Source: Eubacteriales bacterium
GTDB taxonomy: Bacteria; Bacillota; Clostridia; Oscillospirales; CAG-272
Assembly: GCA_045588675.1 (NCBI GenBank)
Contig: JAZNER010000019.1
Span: 2,003 to 66,002, forward strand
Length of the DNA: 64,000 nucleotides
Reading direction: 5' to 3'
The position numbers and the translations under genes were made by a program. Shown here piece by piece: positions 31,069 to 40,965 of the stretch (its first letter is position 1; each line of letters begins with the position of its first letter). Below the pieces are notes generated by a model. It had not been told where the DNA came from, did not search any database, and saw only the letters and a program-made list of their open reading frames with translations.

Positions 31069-32721
31069 CTATTCAACAGATATTAAATAATCGTAGAGAG
31101 GCTGTCCTCCCCAAAGCATTGCGACCTCGCAACCGCCGCCTACCTTTTCGGAAATCATATTGCAAACTCGGTTTGCTTCGTCTTCGCTTACATTCTCACC
31201 ATAGAAAACTGTAATATATGAAGCGCTTGACATTCCCTTTGCAAGCTGCTTGACACAGCTGTAGCTGTCGTCTGCAACACAAGTGATTTTGTTCTCAACA
31301 AGACCTAAAAACTGTCCTTTTTTTATGTTGAGCTTATCAATTTGTGTATCTCTTACCGCAAATGTTACCGACATGGATTTTACAGCTGCCGCCGCCGAGT
31401 TCATTTCCTCTTCAATCTGCTCAGGCGTAGCATCGGGGTTGTAGGCAATCATAGCTGCCATTCCCTGCGGCACCGTATGAGTAGGAATAACAATTACTTT
31501 TCTCTCACTTACAATTTCAGATGCCTGCTTTGCAACCATACAGATATTTTTATTATTGGGAAGAATAAATACATACTCAGAGGGAGTTTTCATAACGGCA
31601 TCAATAATGTCCTGAGTGCTTGGGTTCATGGTCTGTCCGCCCGTGATGATGCTATCAACACCTATATCGGTGAACATTCCACTAACACCCTCCCCCATAC
31701 AAACACTTACGAAGCCGTACTTTTTTTCAATCACCACCCGCACATCCTCGCGCTTCTCGGCAACTGCCGCCTCTTTGGTAAGAGCAGTATGCTGATTTCT
31801 CATATTCTCGATTTTAACCGTAGCAAGGCTACCGAATTCAATCGCCTTTGTAAGAACTGCGCCTGGGTCATTTGTATGTATGTGGAGCTTAATAATGCTC
31901 TCGTCATCTACAAACACAGCACTGTCACCAATTGATTTTATAAACTCGTAAAGCTCGCCTGAGGTATCCTCACCCGCGTACTTTTCGTTTTTATCAACTA
32001 TACATTCTGTACAATATCCGAATTTAATATCCTCGGTATTGAAATCCGAGAAATCCGCGCCTGTATCGGCAGGGGCGCTATTCTCGTCTGCAGCTTCGGT
32101 CTGTGCTATATACGGCTTGCCTTCAAGTGCCGCCAGCATTCCCTGCAAAACACAAACAAATCCGTATCCGCCCGCATCAACAACTCCTGTCTGCTTGAGC
32201 ACGGGGAGCATTTCGGGTGTTTTAGCCAACGCGTCCTCTGCACCGGCCAATAAAACCTTGAAAAGTGCTTTAACGCTTATTCTCTTATTTTCAAGATAAG
32301 CCGCCTCAGCCGCCTCGCCGCTCATTCGCATAACTGTAAGGATAGTTCCCTCTGTAGGCTTCATTACTGCGCGGTAAGCCTCAACCGTTCCTCTCTTGAA
32401 CGCTTCAACAAGCTCTGCGGAGTTTGCCTCGTCAATGCCCTTAAGCGCCTTTGCAATTCCTCTGAAAAAGAGAGAAAGGATTGCGCCGGAGTTTCCTCTT
32501 GCCGAGCGAAGCATATATCCCGCGGTTTTTTCAGCGCACTCACCAATAGTCATACTGTCATCTGTTTTGCCTACAGTACTCATAGTAAGGCTCATATTAA
32601 TGCCCGTGTCGCCGTCAGGAACGGGAAAAACATTGAGGTTATTTATTTCATCTTTTTTATCGTTTAGCAAAGCGGCACCTGACAGTGCCATGCTGCGATA
32701 CATTTTTCCTGTAATTGCCAT
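31069..32721 (-). CDS. yloV: DAK2 domain fusion protein YloV
   Basis: LNVFPVPDGDTGINMSLTM marks the Dak2 phosphatase-like domain, followed by a C-terminal DegV-like/YloV domain. The start was moved to ATG 32721, after GGAGATTTTTG. Confidence 0.85.
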   Translation of the reverse strand: MAITGKMYRSMALSGAALLNDKKDEINNLNVFPVPDGDTGINMSLTMSTVGKTDDSMTIGECAEKTAGYMLRSARGNSGAILSLFFRGIAKALKGIDEANSAELVEAFKRGTVEAYRAVMKPTEGTILTVMRMSGEAAEAAYLENKRISVKALFKVLLAGAEDALAKTPEMLPVLKQTGVVDAGGYGFVCVLQGMLAALEGKPYIAQTEAADENSAPADTGADFSDFNTEDIKFGYCTECIVDKNEKYAGEDTSGELYEFIKSIGDSAVFVDDESIIKLHIHTNDPGAVLTKAIEFGSLATVKIENMRNQHTALTKEAAVAEKREDVRVVIEKKYGFVSVCMGEGVSGMFTDIGVDSIITGGQTMNPSTQDIIDAVMKTPSEYVFILPNNKNICMVAKQASEIVSERKVIVIPTHTVPQGMAAMIAYNPDATPEQIEEEMNSAAAAVKSMSVTFAVRDTQIDKLNIKKGQFLGLVENKITCVADDSYSCVKQLAKGMSSASYITVFYGENVSEDEANRVCNMISEKVGGGCEVAMLWGGQPLYDYLISVE

Positions 32722-32773
32722 CAAAAATCTCCATATCCGCCGTATCGGCACAAACTGATTTTAAACGTATTGT

Positions 32774-33637
32774 TTATCTTTCTCTTCCAAGGAAGAAGAG
32801 CGCAAGTGTTCCGGGTCCCGAATGTGCGCCTATTACCGGTCCTACCTCACTGATAAGAATATCTGTAATTCCAAATTCAGCAGTTACCATATCGGCAAGA
32901 GCCTTTGCATCGTCATAGCAGTCGCCGTGGCTGATATATACCGTCTGCTTTTCGGGCTCAATAGCAAGCTCCTTCATCTTTTCAAACACCGCTGTGATTG
33001 CTGCCGCTCTTCCGCGAGCCTTAGCAACGTTTATAAGGTGCCCCTCGTTATCCATATGCATAACGGGCTTGATTTGAAGAACAGTTCCAAGCACCGCTGT
33101 TGCAGGGGAAACACGTCCGCCTCTCTTCAAGAAGAACAAATCGTCAACTGTAAACCAGTGGCACATATTAATTTTGGTTTTTTCAACGAAGTCAGCACAC
33201 TCCTCAATAGTAGCGCCTTCATTCTTTTTGTCAACCGCAAGCTTTACAAGAAGTCCCTGACCAAGCGACGCGCAAAGAGAGTCAACTGCAACAATTTTTC
33301 TGTCAGGGTATTTTTCAGAAAGCTCCTCGACTGCATTTTTTGCCGCCATATAGGTAGCAGACAAGCCCGAAGAAAAGCCTATGTAAAGCAAATCCTTTCC
33401 CTCGGATACTACCTTCTCAAATGCCTCCGCAAATCTTTCCATATTGACAGCCGAGGTCTTTGCCGATTTTTTGGAACGAAGAAATTCATAAAACTCTTTA
33501 ATATCAATTTCATCATTCATTTTTGTTCCGACACCTTCAATATTAACCTCAAGCGGTAAAACAGAAACCTCTAATTGCTGTGCCACAGAAGCGGGCAAAT
33601 CACTCGAAGAGTCTGTGAAAATAACATACTCGCTCAT
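32774..33637 (-). CDS. DegV family fatty-acid-binding protein
   Basis: The N-terminus YVIFTDSSSDLP and the motifs GFSSGLSATY and VGPVIGAHSGPG are typical of DegV. Confidence 0.9.
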   Translation of the reverse strand: MSEYVIFTDSSSDLPASVAQQLEVSVLPLEVNIEGVGTKMNDEIDIKEFYEFLRSKKSAKTSAVNMERFAEAFEKVVSEGKDLLYIGFSSGLSATYMAAKNAVEELSEKYPDRKIVAVDSLCASLGQGLLVKLAVDKKNEGATIEECADFVEKTKINMCHWFTVDDLFFLKRGGRVSPATAVLGTVLQIKPVMHMDNEGHLINVAKARGRAAAITAVFEKMKELAIEPEKQTVYISHGDCYDDAKALADMVTAEFGITDILISEVGPVIGAHSGPGTLALFFLGRER

Positions 33638-33977
33638 AAAAATCCTTTCTTGCTTTGAAGCAGGTTTTCAAATATATCAAAAACTCACATATAATGCAAA
33701 CCTAAATTTAACGTTGCTTTCTTAGCAGTTAAAGAACTGCCTTTTACTGCCAAAAAATCAACATTATTCATTTTATTATACACTATTATAACCCGATTGT
33801 CAATGGTTTTTGCCCATTTTTTCTCTTTCTTACTTATTTTTAACTAAATATTTATAATTTAGTAATTTATATAGCAGCATCCAAATAAACGAACTCTTTA
33901 CGCTCTTCGCCTTGACAAAGCCCTCTGTTTGTGCTAAAATATTGATTGAAAATACAAATAATTATTCGGGGGAGATA

Positions 33978-36140
33978 ATGACAGTCATTATCGCAGAAAA
34001 GCCAAGCCTTGCGAGAAATATCGTTGCAGGTATAGAACAGATGTCGGGCGCAAGACTTCAAAAGAAAAGCTCATATTTTGAGGGTGGTGGATACCTTGTT
34101 ACCTGGGCATTCGGTCACCTTTTTTCGCTATGCGATATTGAGGATTACACGGGTGGAGAGAGCGGTGCTAAATGGACGCTTGACACTCTTCCCTGCTTTC
34201 CCGAAAAATTCAAGTTTAAGCTCCGCGTGGGTGCTGACAAAAAAGTTGACGCGGGTACTCAGCGCCAGTTTGAAACAATCAAATACCTTTGCTTGAGAAA
34301 TGATGTTGACACTATTGTAAACGCCGGCGACTCTGACCGTGAGGGTGAGATTATAATCCGCCTTTGCGTTATGAACACGGGTGCGCTTGATAACCCGCAA
34401 AAGAGTTTTATGAGGCTTTGGTTGCCCGACCAGACACCCGAAACTGTTGGCAAGGCGTTGAGAGAAATGAAGAGCGAGGACGAGTACGACAGCCTTGCAA
34501 ACGAAGGCTTTGCAAGAACCTATATTGATTGGCTTTACGGCGTCAATCTCACAAGATATGCCACACTCAAAACAGGTATGCTTTTGCGCGTTGGACGCGT
34601 AATAGTTCCGATTGTACGCGCGATTTACGAGAGAGATTTAGCCATTCGCAATTTCACTCCCGATGTATATTTTGCGCTTATTTCAAAGGAGCTGACCGCC
34701 GGCGAGGAAATTGAGCTTGTAAGCCGAGAAAAATTTGACAAGGATAAAAAGAACCTTGCCGATGCCTTATGTGCAAAGTACAACTCAAGCGAGGCACGCG
34801 TTTTATCCAAAAAAACAAAAAAGGAAACGATAAACCCTGGCAAGCTTTTCTCACTTTCAAAGCTTCAAAATCTCCTCAGTAAAAAATACAAAATGTCAAT
34901 GACCGACAGCCTTGATATTGTTCAAAGGCTTTATGAAAAAGGATATTTAACCTATCCCAGAACCGACTCTGAGTATCTTTCAACAAACGAAAAGGATAAA
35001 ATCAGGCAAATTATCGAGAACATCAAAAAAATCGGTTATCCTGTGACCTTCAAGGATAAAAAAACGATTTTTGATGACTCAAAAATAGAGAGCCATTCAG
35101 CGCTTACCCCTACATATAAAATTCCAAAAAAGGAACAGCTGACTGACCGTGAAATGCAGGTTTACCAAACTGTTTTCCGTCGTTTCGTTTCGGTTTTCTG
35201 TTCTGAGGAATGTCTTGCTCAAAAAACCGAAATCGTCATTGATGTCGGTGGCTACGAGCAATTCACTCTTAAGGGAATCACTATATTGCAAAAGGGCTTT
35301 ATGCGCTTTGACGACTCCGAGAAAAAGGATAAGTTTCTCCCGCCTCTTGAAAAAGGCGACATAGTAAATATAAACTTCTCACCTGTTGAGAAGCAAACCT
35401 CTCCACCAAAGCACTACACGGTAGAAACGCTTAACAATTACCTCAAAAACCCCTTTCGCGAGGACAAGGCAGCACTTGTCAAAAAGGCTCAGGAAAAATC
35501 TAATTCTGAAAATGAAATTGACGAAGAAGAGAACGACGAAGAGGATTACAAGGCAATTTTTGAGGGTCTTGAACTCGGAACTGAGGCAACCCGTACAGGC
35601 ATAATTGACAGGGCAAGGCAATCAGGCTATATCGACCTCAAAAAAGATGTTTACACCATTCTGCCGGGCGGTGAATATCTCATTGAACAGCTTACTCAAA
35701 TGCGAATTTCAATGGATAAATACAAAACGAGCATTATGGGACAAGCACTCAAAAAGGTATATCGCGGCAGTATGACGGTTGATGAGAGCGTAAAGCTCGC
35801 GTGTGATGAAATCTCAGAGGTGTTTAACAACAAGGTGGATAGCGCCGAGCTTGATACCGACACAGGCTTTTACGGCGACTATGTAGGAAAATGCCCAATA
35901 TGCCAAAAGGATGTAGTCAAGGGCAGATACGGATACGGCTGTACAGGATATAAGGATGGTTGCAAATTCCGACTGAGCAGCTTTATTTGCAAGCGTGTAA
36001 TATCAATTTCAAACGCTCGCCTTTTGCTTGAAAACGGTAAGACCGCCGAGATACAGGGCTTTATCTCAAAGACAGGAAAGCCTTTCAGCGCAAAGCTGAA
36101 GCTCGACGGTGACAAGGTTGTTTTTGACTTTGATAAATAA
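33978..36140 (+). CDS. topB: DNA topoisomerase III
   Basis: A TOPRIM N-terminus (VIIAEKPS...GHLF) is present. The active-site region is YLTYPRTDSEYLS. C-terminal Cys4 zinc-ribbon repeats follow. The start was moved to ATG 33978, after GGGGGAGATA. Confidence 0.92.
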   Translation: MTVIIAEKPSLARNIVAGIEQMSGARLQKKSSYFEGGGYLVTWAFGHLFSLCDIEDYTGGESGAKWTLDTLPCFPEKFKFKLRVGADKKVDAGTQRQFETIKYLCLRNDVDTIVNAGDSDREGEIIIRLCVMNTGALDNPQKSFMRLWLPDQTPETVGKALREMKSEDEYDSLANEGFARTYIDWLYGVNLTRYATLKTGMLLRVGRVIVPIVRAIYERDLAIRNFTPDVYFALISKELTAGEEIELVSREKFDKDKKNLADALCAKYNSSEARVLSKKTKKETINPGKLFSLSKLQNLLSKKYKMSMTDSLDIVQRLYEKGYLTYPRTDSEYLSTNEKDKIRQIIENIKKIGYPVTFKDKKTIFDDSKIESHSALTPTYKIPKKEQLTDREMQVYQTVFRRFVSVFCSEECLAQKTEIVIDVGGYEQFTLKGITILQKGFMRFDDSEKKDKFLPPLEKGDIVNINFSPVEKQTSPPKHYTVETLNNYLKNPFREDKAALVKKAQEKSNSENEIDEEENDEEDYKAIFEGLELGTEATRTGIIDRARQSGYIDLKKDVYTILPGGEYLIEQLTQMRISMDKYKTSIMGQALKKVYRGSMTVDESVKLACDEISEVFNNKVDSAELDTDTGFYGDYVGKCPICQKDVVKGRYGYGCTGYKDGCKFRLSSFICKRVISISNARLLLENGKTAEIQGFISKTGKPFSAKLKLDGDKVVFDFDK

Positions 36141-36177
36141 AAAAACAAGGTGATTTTAAAATCACCTTATTTTTTTA
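36141..36177. terminator. Bidirectional terminator between topB and the beta-helix gene
   Basis: The palindrome AAGGTGATTTTAAAATCACCTT is flanked by A and T runs. Confidence 0.8.
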
Positions 36178-37008
36178 TTGGATTTTACAGGTAGAGCTTG
36201 CTTTATGCTTTTCATCCCAGATAATTTCGCCGATTTTGTCTGCTTTTATGTAACCCGAATTTGGATTTTTTACACTTATGATTTCGCCCTTAACAGTTGC
36301 CTCGACCTCACTGTTTTCAAATGACAGGTCGGTGTCAACCATCTCGCAGTTTTCAAGAATCAAGCCCTTACAATAGCAGAGCGGCTGAGTGCCGACTATC
36401 TTACAGTTAACAAGCTTCAAATTCTCTGAATACCAGCCAAGATATTCTCCTTGAACAAGAGAATCATATACAGCTACATTTTTTGCGTGCCAGAAAGCGT
36501 CCTTTGTTTTAAGCTCGGCATTTCTGATAACCATATTTTCGACATACTGGAAGGAATACTTCCCTGTCATCTTGAAATTATTGATATTCACATCACGGCA
36601 TTCGAAAAACGCGTACTCAGAATTCAGAATACAGTTATCAATATCTATTTTGCGACATCTCCAGCCAAATTCGGCAGAATCAATATCACATCCGATAAGC
36701 TTTATTCTGTCACATTCACGCAGAGCCTTGATTCCGTGAAGCCTTGAGTTGCTGATAGCAATATTCATATCATACCAAAGCGCCGCACGGCAGGTTTCAC
36801 TCATAGAACAATTGTCAATAGAGGCATTGTCAACATGCCAGAAGGGATAGCGAAGATAGAAGCTACAATCCTTCACCTTGATATTGCGGCATTCCTTGAG
36901 CGCAGACTCGCCGTCTGCTTCACCCGCAAATATACAATTAATAACCTCAGCGTCCTCAATATCATAAAGGGCACGCTCCTCGTCATATTGTTTGTCTTTA
37001 AAAATCAT
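36175..37008 (-). CDS. Right-handed parallel beta-helix repeat protein (DUF3737-like)
   Basis: Periodic N/C-rich turns are visible (NCxF, DCSF, NCSM, IGCDI, NCIL, VNCKI, ENCEM). The N-terminus ERALYDIEDAEVINCIFAGEADGESALKE matches my memory of DUF3737. Confidence 0.55.
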   Translation of the reverse strand: MIFKDKQYDEERALYDIEDAEVINCIFAGEADGESALKECRNIKVKDCSFYLRYPFWHVDNASIDNCSMSETCRAALWYDMNIAISNSRLHGIKALRECDRIKLIGCDIDSAEFGWRCRKIDIDNCILNSEYAFFECRDVNINNFKMTGKYSFQYVENMVIRNAELKTKDAFWHAKNVAVYDSLVQGEYLGWYSENLKLVNCKIVGTQPLCYCKGLILENCEMVDTDLSFENSEVEATVKGEIISVKNPNSGYIKADKIGEIIWDEKHKASSTCKIQ

Positions 37009-37024
37009 TTTCAGTCCTTAGCCT

Positions 37025-37624
37025 TTATATTTCCTGTCTTCCCTCAAACGCGCGGAAGAGTGTTACTTCATCGGTGTATTCAATATCCGAGCCTACCGAT
37101 ATTCCGTATGCAAGTCGCGTGACCTTGACTCCAAGAGGTGTCAGCAGCTTTGAAAGATACATAGCGGTCGCATTACCCTCAACCGTTGGGTTGATTGCCA
37201 CGATAACCTCATCTATACCGTCGCTGTCAATTCTTGCAAGCAGCTCGCGGATTTTAAGCTTATCGGGGGTAATTCCGTTCATTGGAGATATTATTCCGTG
37301 CAAAACATGGTATCCGCCCTTGTATTCCTTTACCTTTTCAATAGAAAGAACAACTCTTGGGTCTGAAACTACGCAGACAGTTTTTCTTGAGCGAAGCGGG
37401 TCTGCGCAAATCTGGCATAATTCTCGGTCTGTAATATTCTGACACACGGGACACAGGTGAATTTTCTGCTTGGCATCAAGTATAGCCTTTGCAAACTCCT
37501 CGGCGTCCTCAAACGGCATATCAATCACCGAAAACGCCATTTTCATAGCACTTTTCTTTCCCACGCCACCAAGTCTTCCGAATTGCTCGGCAAGTCTTTG
37601 AAGCGACTCAATATATTCAGCCAT
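37025..37624 (-). CDS. recR: Recombination protein RecR
   Basis: An HhH N-terminus, the zinc finger CPVCQNITDRELCQIC, and a TOPRIM domain are present. Confidence 0.95.
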   Translation of the reverse strand: MAEYIESLQRLAEQFGRLGGVGKKSAMKMAFSVIDMPFEDAEEFAKAILDAKQKIHLCPVCQNITDRELCQICADPLRSRKTVCVVSDPRVVLSIEKVKEYKGGYHVLHGIISPMNGITPDKLKIRELLARIDSDGIDEVIVAINPTVEGNATAMYLSKLLTPLGVKVTRLAYGISVGSDIEYTDEVTLFRAFEGRQEI

Positions 37625-37625
37625 A

Positions 37626-37973
37626 TCAGAACATTGAGGGCATATTCATGCCCTTTGTAATCTTGTCCATTTCCTCGCTGTTAGTTGACTCGACTCTCTT
37701 TATTGCCTCGTTAACTGCGGCAACCAAAATATCAGAAAGCGTTTCAACATCATCAGGGTCAACTATCTCGGGCTCTATATCAATAGAAAGAATCTCCTTC
37801 TGTCCGTTTATTTTTACAGACACGACGCCGCCGCCCGCCTTTACTTCGTATTCACGGGAATTTAATTCTTCCTGCAAAGCCGCCATATCCTCTTGCATTT
37901 TTTGCGCTTGACGGAGCATTGCCTGCATATTCTGCGGGCCGCCGCCCATTCCCTTCGGTACATTTGCTCTCAT
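37626..37973 (-). CDS. ybaB: Nucleoid-associated protein YbaB/EbfC
   Basis: The protein is 115 aa. It occupies the canonical dnaX-ybaB-recR position and has MQAMLRQAQKMQEDM. Confidence 0.9.
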   Translation of the reverse strand: MRANVPKGMGGGPQNMQAMLRQAQKMQEDMAALQEELNSREYEVKAGGGVVSVKINGQKEILSIDIEPEIVDPDDVETLSDILVAAVNEAIKRVESTNSEEMDKITKGMNMPSMF

Positions 37974-38003
37974 TTTTATATTCTCCTTAATTTTTATTTA
38001 AAT

Positions 38004-39635
38004 TCAGTTATCCTCAGCAGCTTCAATGATTTTGTCAATAAGCTCGCCCGATTTTGTCTTTTTTTCGCATTCGCACAGCATATTGTCCTTTGTCAAGCTC
38101 CTGCCGACGACAGTCTGCATTATTTTAAGAAACAATTCCTCGCCGCCAAATCTTTTCATCTGGTCAATGTCGAACTCAGTTGCATATTTCAAAACAAAAT
38201 TGCCGTTTTCGTCTGTGTACCATTTTGCATTTTTCAAGAATGATGTCGTCATCTGATCAACGGTCATCATTTTTTCAAGTGCTTCCGCGCGACTTTTGAA
38301 CGGTCTTAAAATCCTGACATTTCCGTCCGCCTTTTCGCCTGTTTTTTGTATTGGCGCACTTACCTTTGCGCCCGGCGCATCAGAACGGAAAAATTCGTCG
38401 TCGTCAATCACCTTTGGAGCAGTCTTTTTCGACTTGCTCTCTTTCTTTTCGGGCTTGCCCGACGGCACTGTAACAGCTGTCGCGGTTGGAACAAATTCGG
38501 CATTTTCAAGCGCGGAAAGTCTTGACAAAATCGCCTCGTTTGACGTTGTAAGTCTTTCGTCGCACATACGCACGAGCGTCAGTTCAGCTAAAATTCTTTT
38601 AACGGCATTTGCCTTCTGCATAGCAAAAAGCGCGTCCTCAAGCATTCCGCAATGATAAGAAAGTCGTTCTATTGTAAATGCTTTGGCAAGACTATTAAGG
38701 CTCTCCGCCTCACTATCGGTCAGGTCAAGATAATCCCCTGCATTTTTTGAAGTTTTAATAACAAGCAAATCGCGGTACACCGAAATCAGATCCTGCCAAA
38801 AAACCGAAATATCTCTTGACGAGCGAACTACATCATCAACAGAGGCAAAAATCACATCATAATCTCTCTCGGCTATTGCCCGAACAACCTCGCAAATCTT
38901 TTCTCTTCCGCTTGAACCGACAACTCGGTTTACAAGCTCACTGTCAATTTTCTGCCTGTTACCCGCGCACAGATCAAGCAGGCTGATTGCATCTCGCATA
39001 CCGCCCTGTGCCGATTTCGCAAGCAAAAGCGCGGCGCTCTCGTCAATTTCGATATTTTCATTTTTCGCGATATACAAAAGGTGGTTTTTAAGCACCTCAG
39101 TTGAGATTCTTCTGAAATCAAATCTCTGACAACGAGAGATAATTGTTGCGGGCAGCTTTTGAAGCTCTGTTGTAGCCAAAATGAAAACCACGTGCTGAGG
39201 GGGCTCTTCGAGTGTTTTCAGCAAAGCGTTGAACGCACTCGTAGAGAGCATATGGACCTCATCGATTATATAAACTCTGTATTTCAAGCTTGACGGCGAA
39301 TACACGACCTCGTCGCGTATATCTCGAATATTGTCAACTCCGTTGTTTGACGCTGCGTCCATTTCAAGAATGTCTGTCGCGCTTCCGTTGTCAATAGAAA
39401 GACACGCGGCACATTCTCCGCAAGGATTTCCGTCAACTGAATTTAAGCAGTTTAACGCCTTTGAAAGTATTTTAGCGCAAGAGGTTTTTCCCGTTCCGCG
39501 AGAGCCGCAGAAAAGGTAAGCATGAGAAAATTTGGAATTTGCCACCTCATACTTCAAAATTGATGTTATATGCTCCTGACCGCAAACCTCGTCAAAATTA
39601 CGCGGACGCCACTTTCTATACAAAGCCTGATGCAT
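38004..39635 (-). CDS. dnaX: DNA polymerase III subunit gamma/tau
   Basis: MHQALYRKWRPRNFDEVCGQEHI..GSRGTGKTS..zinc module CGECAAC are present. The start was moved to ATG 39635 (after GGAGGGAG) because the longer ORF-track start runs into the SRP RNA gene. Confidence 0.93.
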   Translation of the reverse strand: MHQALYRKWRPRNFDEVCGQEHITSILKYEVANSKFSHAYLFCGSRGTGKTSCAKILSKALNCLNSVDGNPCGECAACLSIDNGSATDILEMDAASNNGVDNIRDIRDEVVYSPSSLKYRVYIIDEVHMLSTSAFNALLKTLEEPPQHVVFILATTELQKLPATIISRCQRFDFRRISTEVLKNHLLYIAKNENIEIDESAALLLAKSAQGGMRDAISLLDLCAGNRQKIDSELVNRVVGSSGREKICEVVRAIAERDYDVIFASVDDVVRSSRDISVFWQDLISVYRDLLVIKTSKNAGDYLDLTDSEAESLNSLAKAFTIERLSYHCGMLEDALFAMQKANAVKRILAELTLVRMCDERLTTSNEAILSRLSALENAEFVPTATAVTVPSGKPEKKESKSKKTAPKVIDDDEFFRSDAPGAKVSAPIQKTGEKADGNVRILRPFKSRAEALEKMMTVDQMTTSFLKNAKWYTDENGNFVLKYATEFDIDQMKRFGGEELFLKIMQTVVGRSLTKDNMLCECEKKTKSGELIDKIIEAAEDN

Positions 39636-39685
39636 AAAACTCCCTCCGTCACATAAAATCTCCAAATCATAATTACAAAACAAAA

Positions 39686-40000
39686 CACAGTCGGTGTTGC
39701 AAAACAAGACCATACACCGCTAAATCGAGCTTTACCTCCACGCGATTTTCATACCGTTTGCTCAAGGCAGGCTAACTCGCGGCACATCGGGTTCACCGCT
39801 TAATGCTGCTTGGTTCCCCATCTGACATGGTTCACAGCTCCCAATTGCGCAAGACCCGCCTATCAACACAAACGATAGGACTCAACTCGTAAAGGCGCAG
39901 CCCTCAAAAGCGGACTCCACCCCTGCTGTAGCGGATTTCAGGTACAGGGCTCCGCTAAATCCCCGGCTGGTATGGCCTTGTTTCACAGCACCAGGCTGTG
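39686..40000 (-). ncRNA. ffs: Signal recognition particle RNA, long Bacillus/Clostridium type with Alu domain
   Basis: The minus strand reads ...GCGGAGCCCUGUACCUGAAAUCCGCUACAGCAGGGGUGGAGUCC...UGCGCAAUUGGGAGCUGUGAACCAUGUCAGAUGGGGAACCAAGCAGCAUUAAGCGGUGAACCCGAUGUGCCGC... This closely parallels B. subtilis scRNA, including the domain IV GGAA/AGCAGC region. The 5' CACAGCCUGGUG...AAACAAGGCCAUACC pairs with the 3' GGUGUAUGGUCUUGUUU...CACC..CUGUG. A TATAAT lies just upstream, and the position upstream of dnaX is canonical. The ends are good to about +/-10 nt. Confidence 0.88.
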
Positions 40001-40102
40001 TCTTTATAATATTATATCTTTCAAGCAATATATATTATATCAGATTTTTTTCTTTTTTTCAATAGTTTTTGAAAAATTAACACTTTTTCTTTATTTACAG
40101 AC

Positions 40103-40693
40103 TTAAAGCTCTGTCACAGTATCCTCTATCTTTCTTTTGGGAACGATATAATTCAAACCGTCGTCAAGTGAGTACTTAAATCCGTCAACGCTCTCGCCCT
40201 CAACAACTCGGCTCTCGTGAACAGGATAGCCAAAGCCTATAACACAGCTTATATCAAGCGAGCTGTCAATGTTCAGAAGCTCGCGAAGCCTCTCGCAATT
40301 TACGCTTCCGAGAATACAGGAGCCAACTCCGTGAGAATATGCCGATAAAGTAAGATTGGACGCGGCAAGTCCTTCATCAAAAGCGGTATATTTGCTTTGC
40401 AGCTCCTTAACCGATAAGATTGCTACAAACATTGTCGGACGCTCACCGATTTTTGGTCTTCCAAGTCCGTTTGGCAACGCCCCGCCCCAGCTTGTTATTT
40501 CAAAAATCGAATTTACAAGCTCGGGAGTACGGATATAAATATATTTAAGCGGCTGGCGGTTCATAGCAGACGATGACAGCTGTGCCGCTCTTTGCATATC
40601 TTCTACTATTTCGTCGCCGATTTTTTTGCTTTCGTCAAACCGTCTGTAAGTCCTTCTGCCTTCAAGCAGCTTCATAAGCTCTTTACTCTTCAT
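40103..40693 (-). CDS. Nitroreductase family protein
   Basis: RRTYRRFDESKKI at the N-terminus and the overall ~196-aa NADH-nitroreductase fold pattern support the call. The promoter TTGACT-17-TATAAT lies upstream on the minus strand (about 40720-40750). Confidence 0.8.
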   Translation of the reverse strand: MKSKELMKLLEGRRTYRRFDESKKIGDEIVEDMQRAAQLSSSAMNRQPLKYIYIRTPELVNSIFEITSWGGALPNGLGRPKIGERPTMFVAILSVKELQSKYTAFDEGLAASNLTLSAYSHGVGSCILGSVNCERLRELLNIDSSLDISCVIGFGYPVHESRVVEGESVDGFKYSLDDGLNYIVPKRKIEDTVTEL

Positions 40694-40808
40694 ATCTTTC
40701 CCTCCTTTTATCTGCTAAAACAATTATATCAAATAGCTAACCATTAGTCAATAGACAAACAAAAAACTTTCGGCAGACGGTCTGAAAAATTAGCGGTAAA
40801 ATGAAATT

Positions 40809-40878
40809 AGCCACCACGTTTTTTCGTGGTGGCTTTTGATATGCAGAAAGCAAAGAAAAGCCCCGCGCGAGGCGGGGC
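40809..40878 (-). terminator. Two tandem GC-rich hairpins downstream of the orphan 400-aa gene
   Basis: GCCCCGC-GCGAG-GCGGGGC (40860-40878) is followed on the minus strand by a T-run. AGCCACCACG-TTTTTT-CGTGGTGGCT (40809-40834) has its T-run on the plus strand. Confidence 0.65.
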
Positions 40879-40965
40879 GAAAAAGTAAAGAGTTGCAACA
40901 TATTTCTTAATACCTATATATTTTAATGTGTTATTAAACGTTTACTCTTGTTAGTCAGTATCACT

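Noticed and set aside
39636-39713. Upstream extension of dnaX (MVLFCNTDCVLF...).
   Set aside because: It overlaps the 3' end of the SRP RNA gene. The ATG at 39635 has a GGAGGGAG SD and yields the conserved MHQALYRKWRP start.
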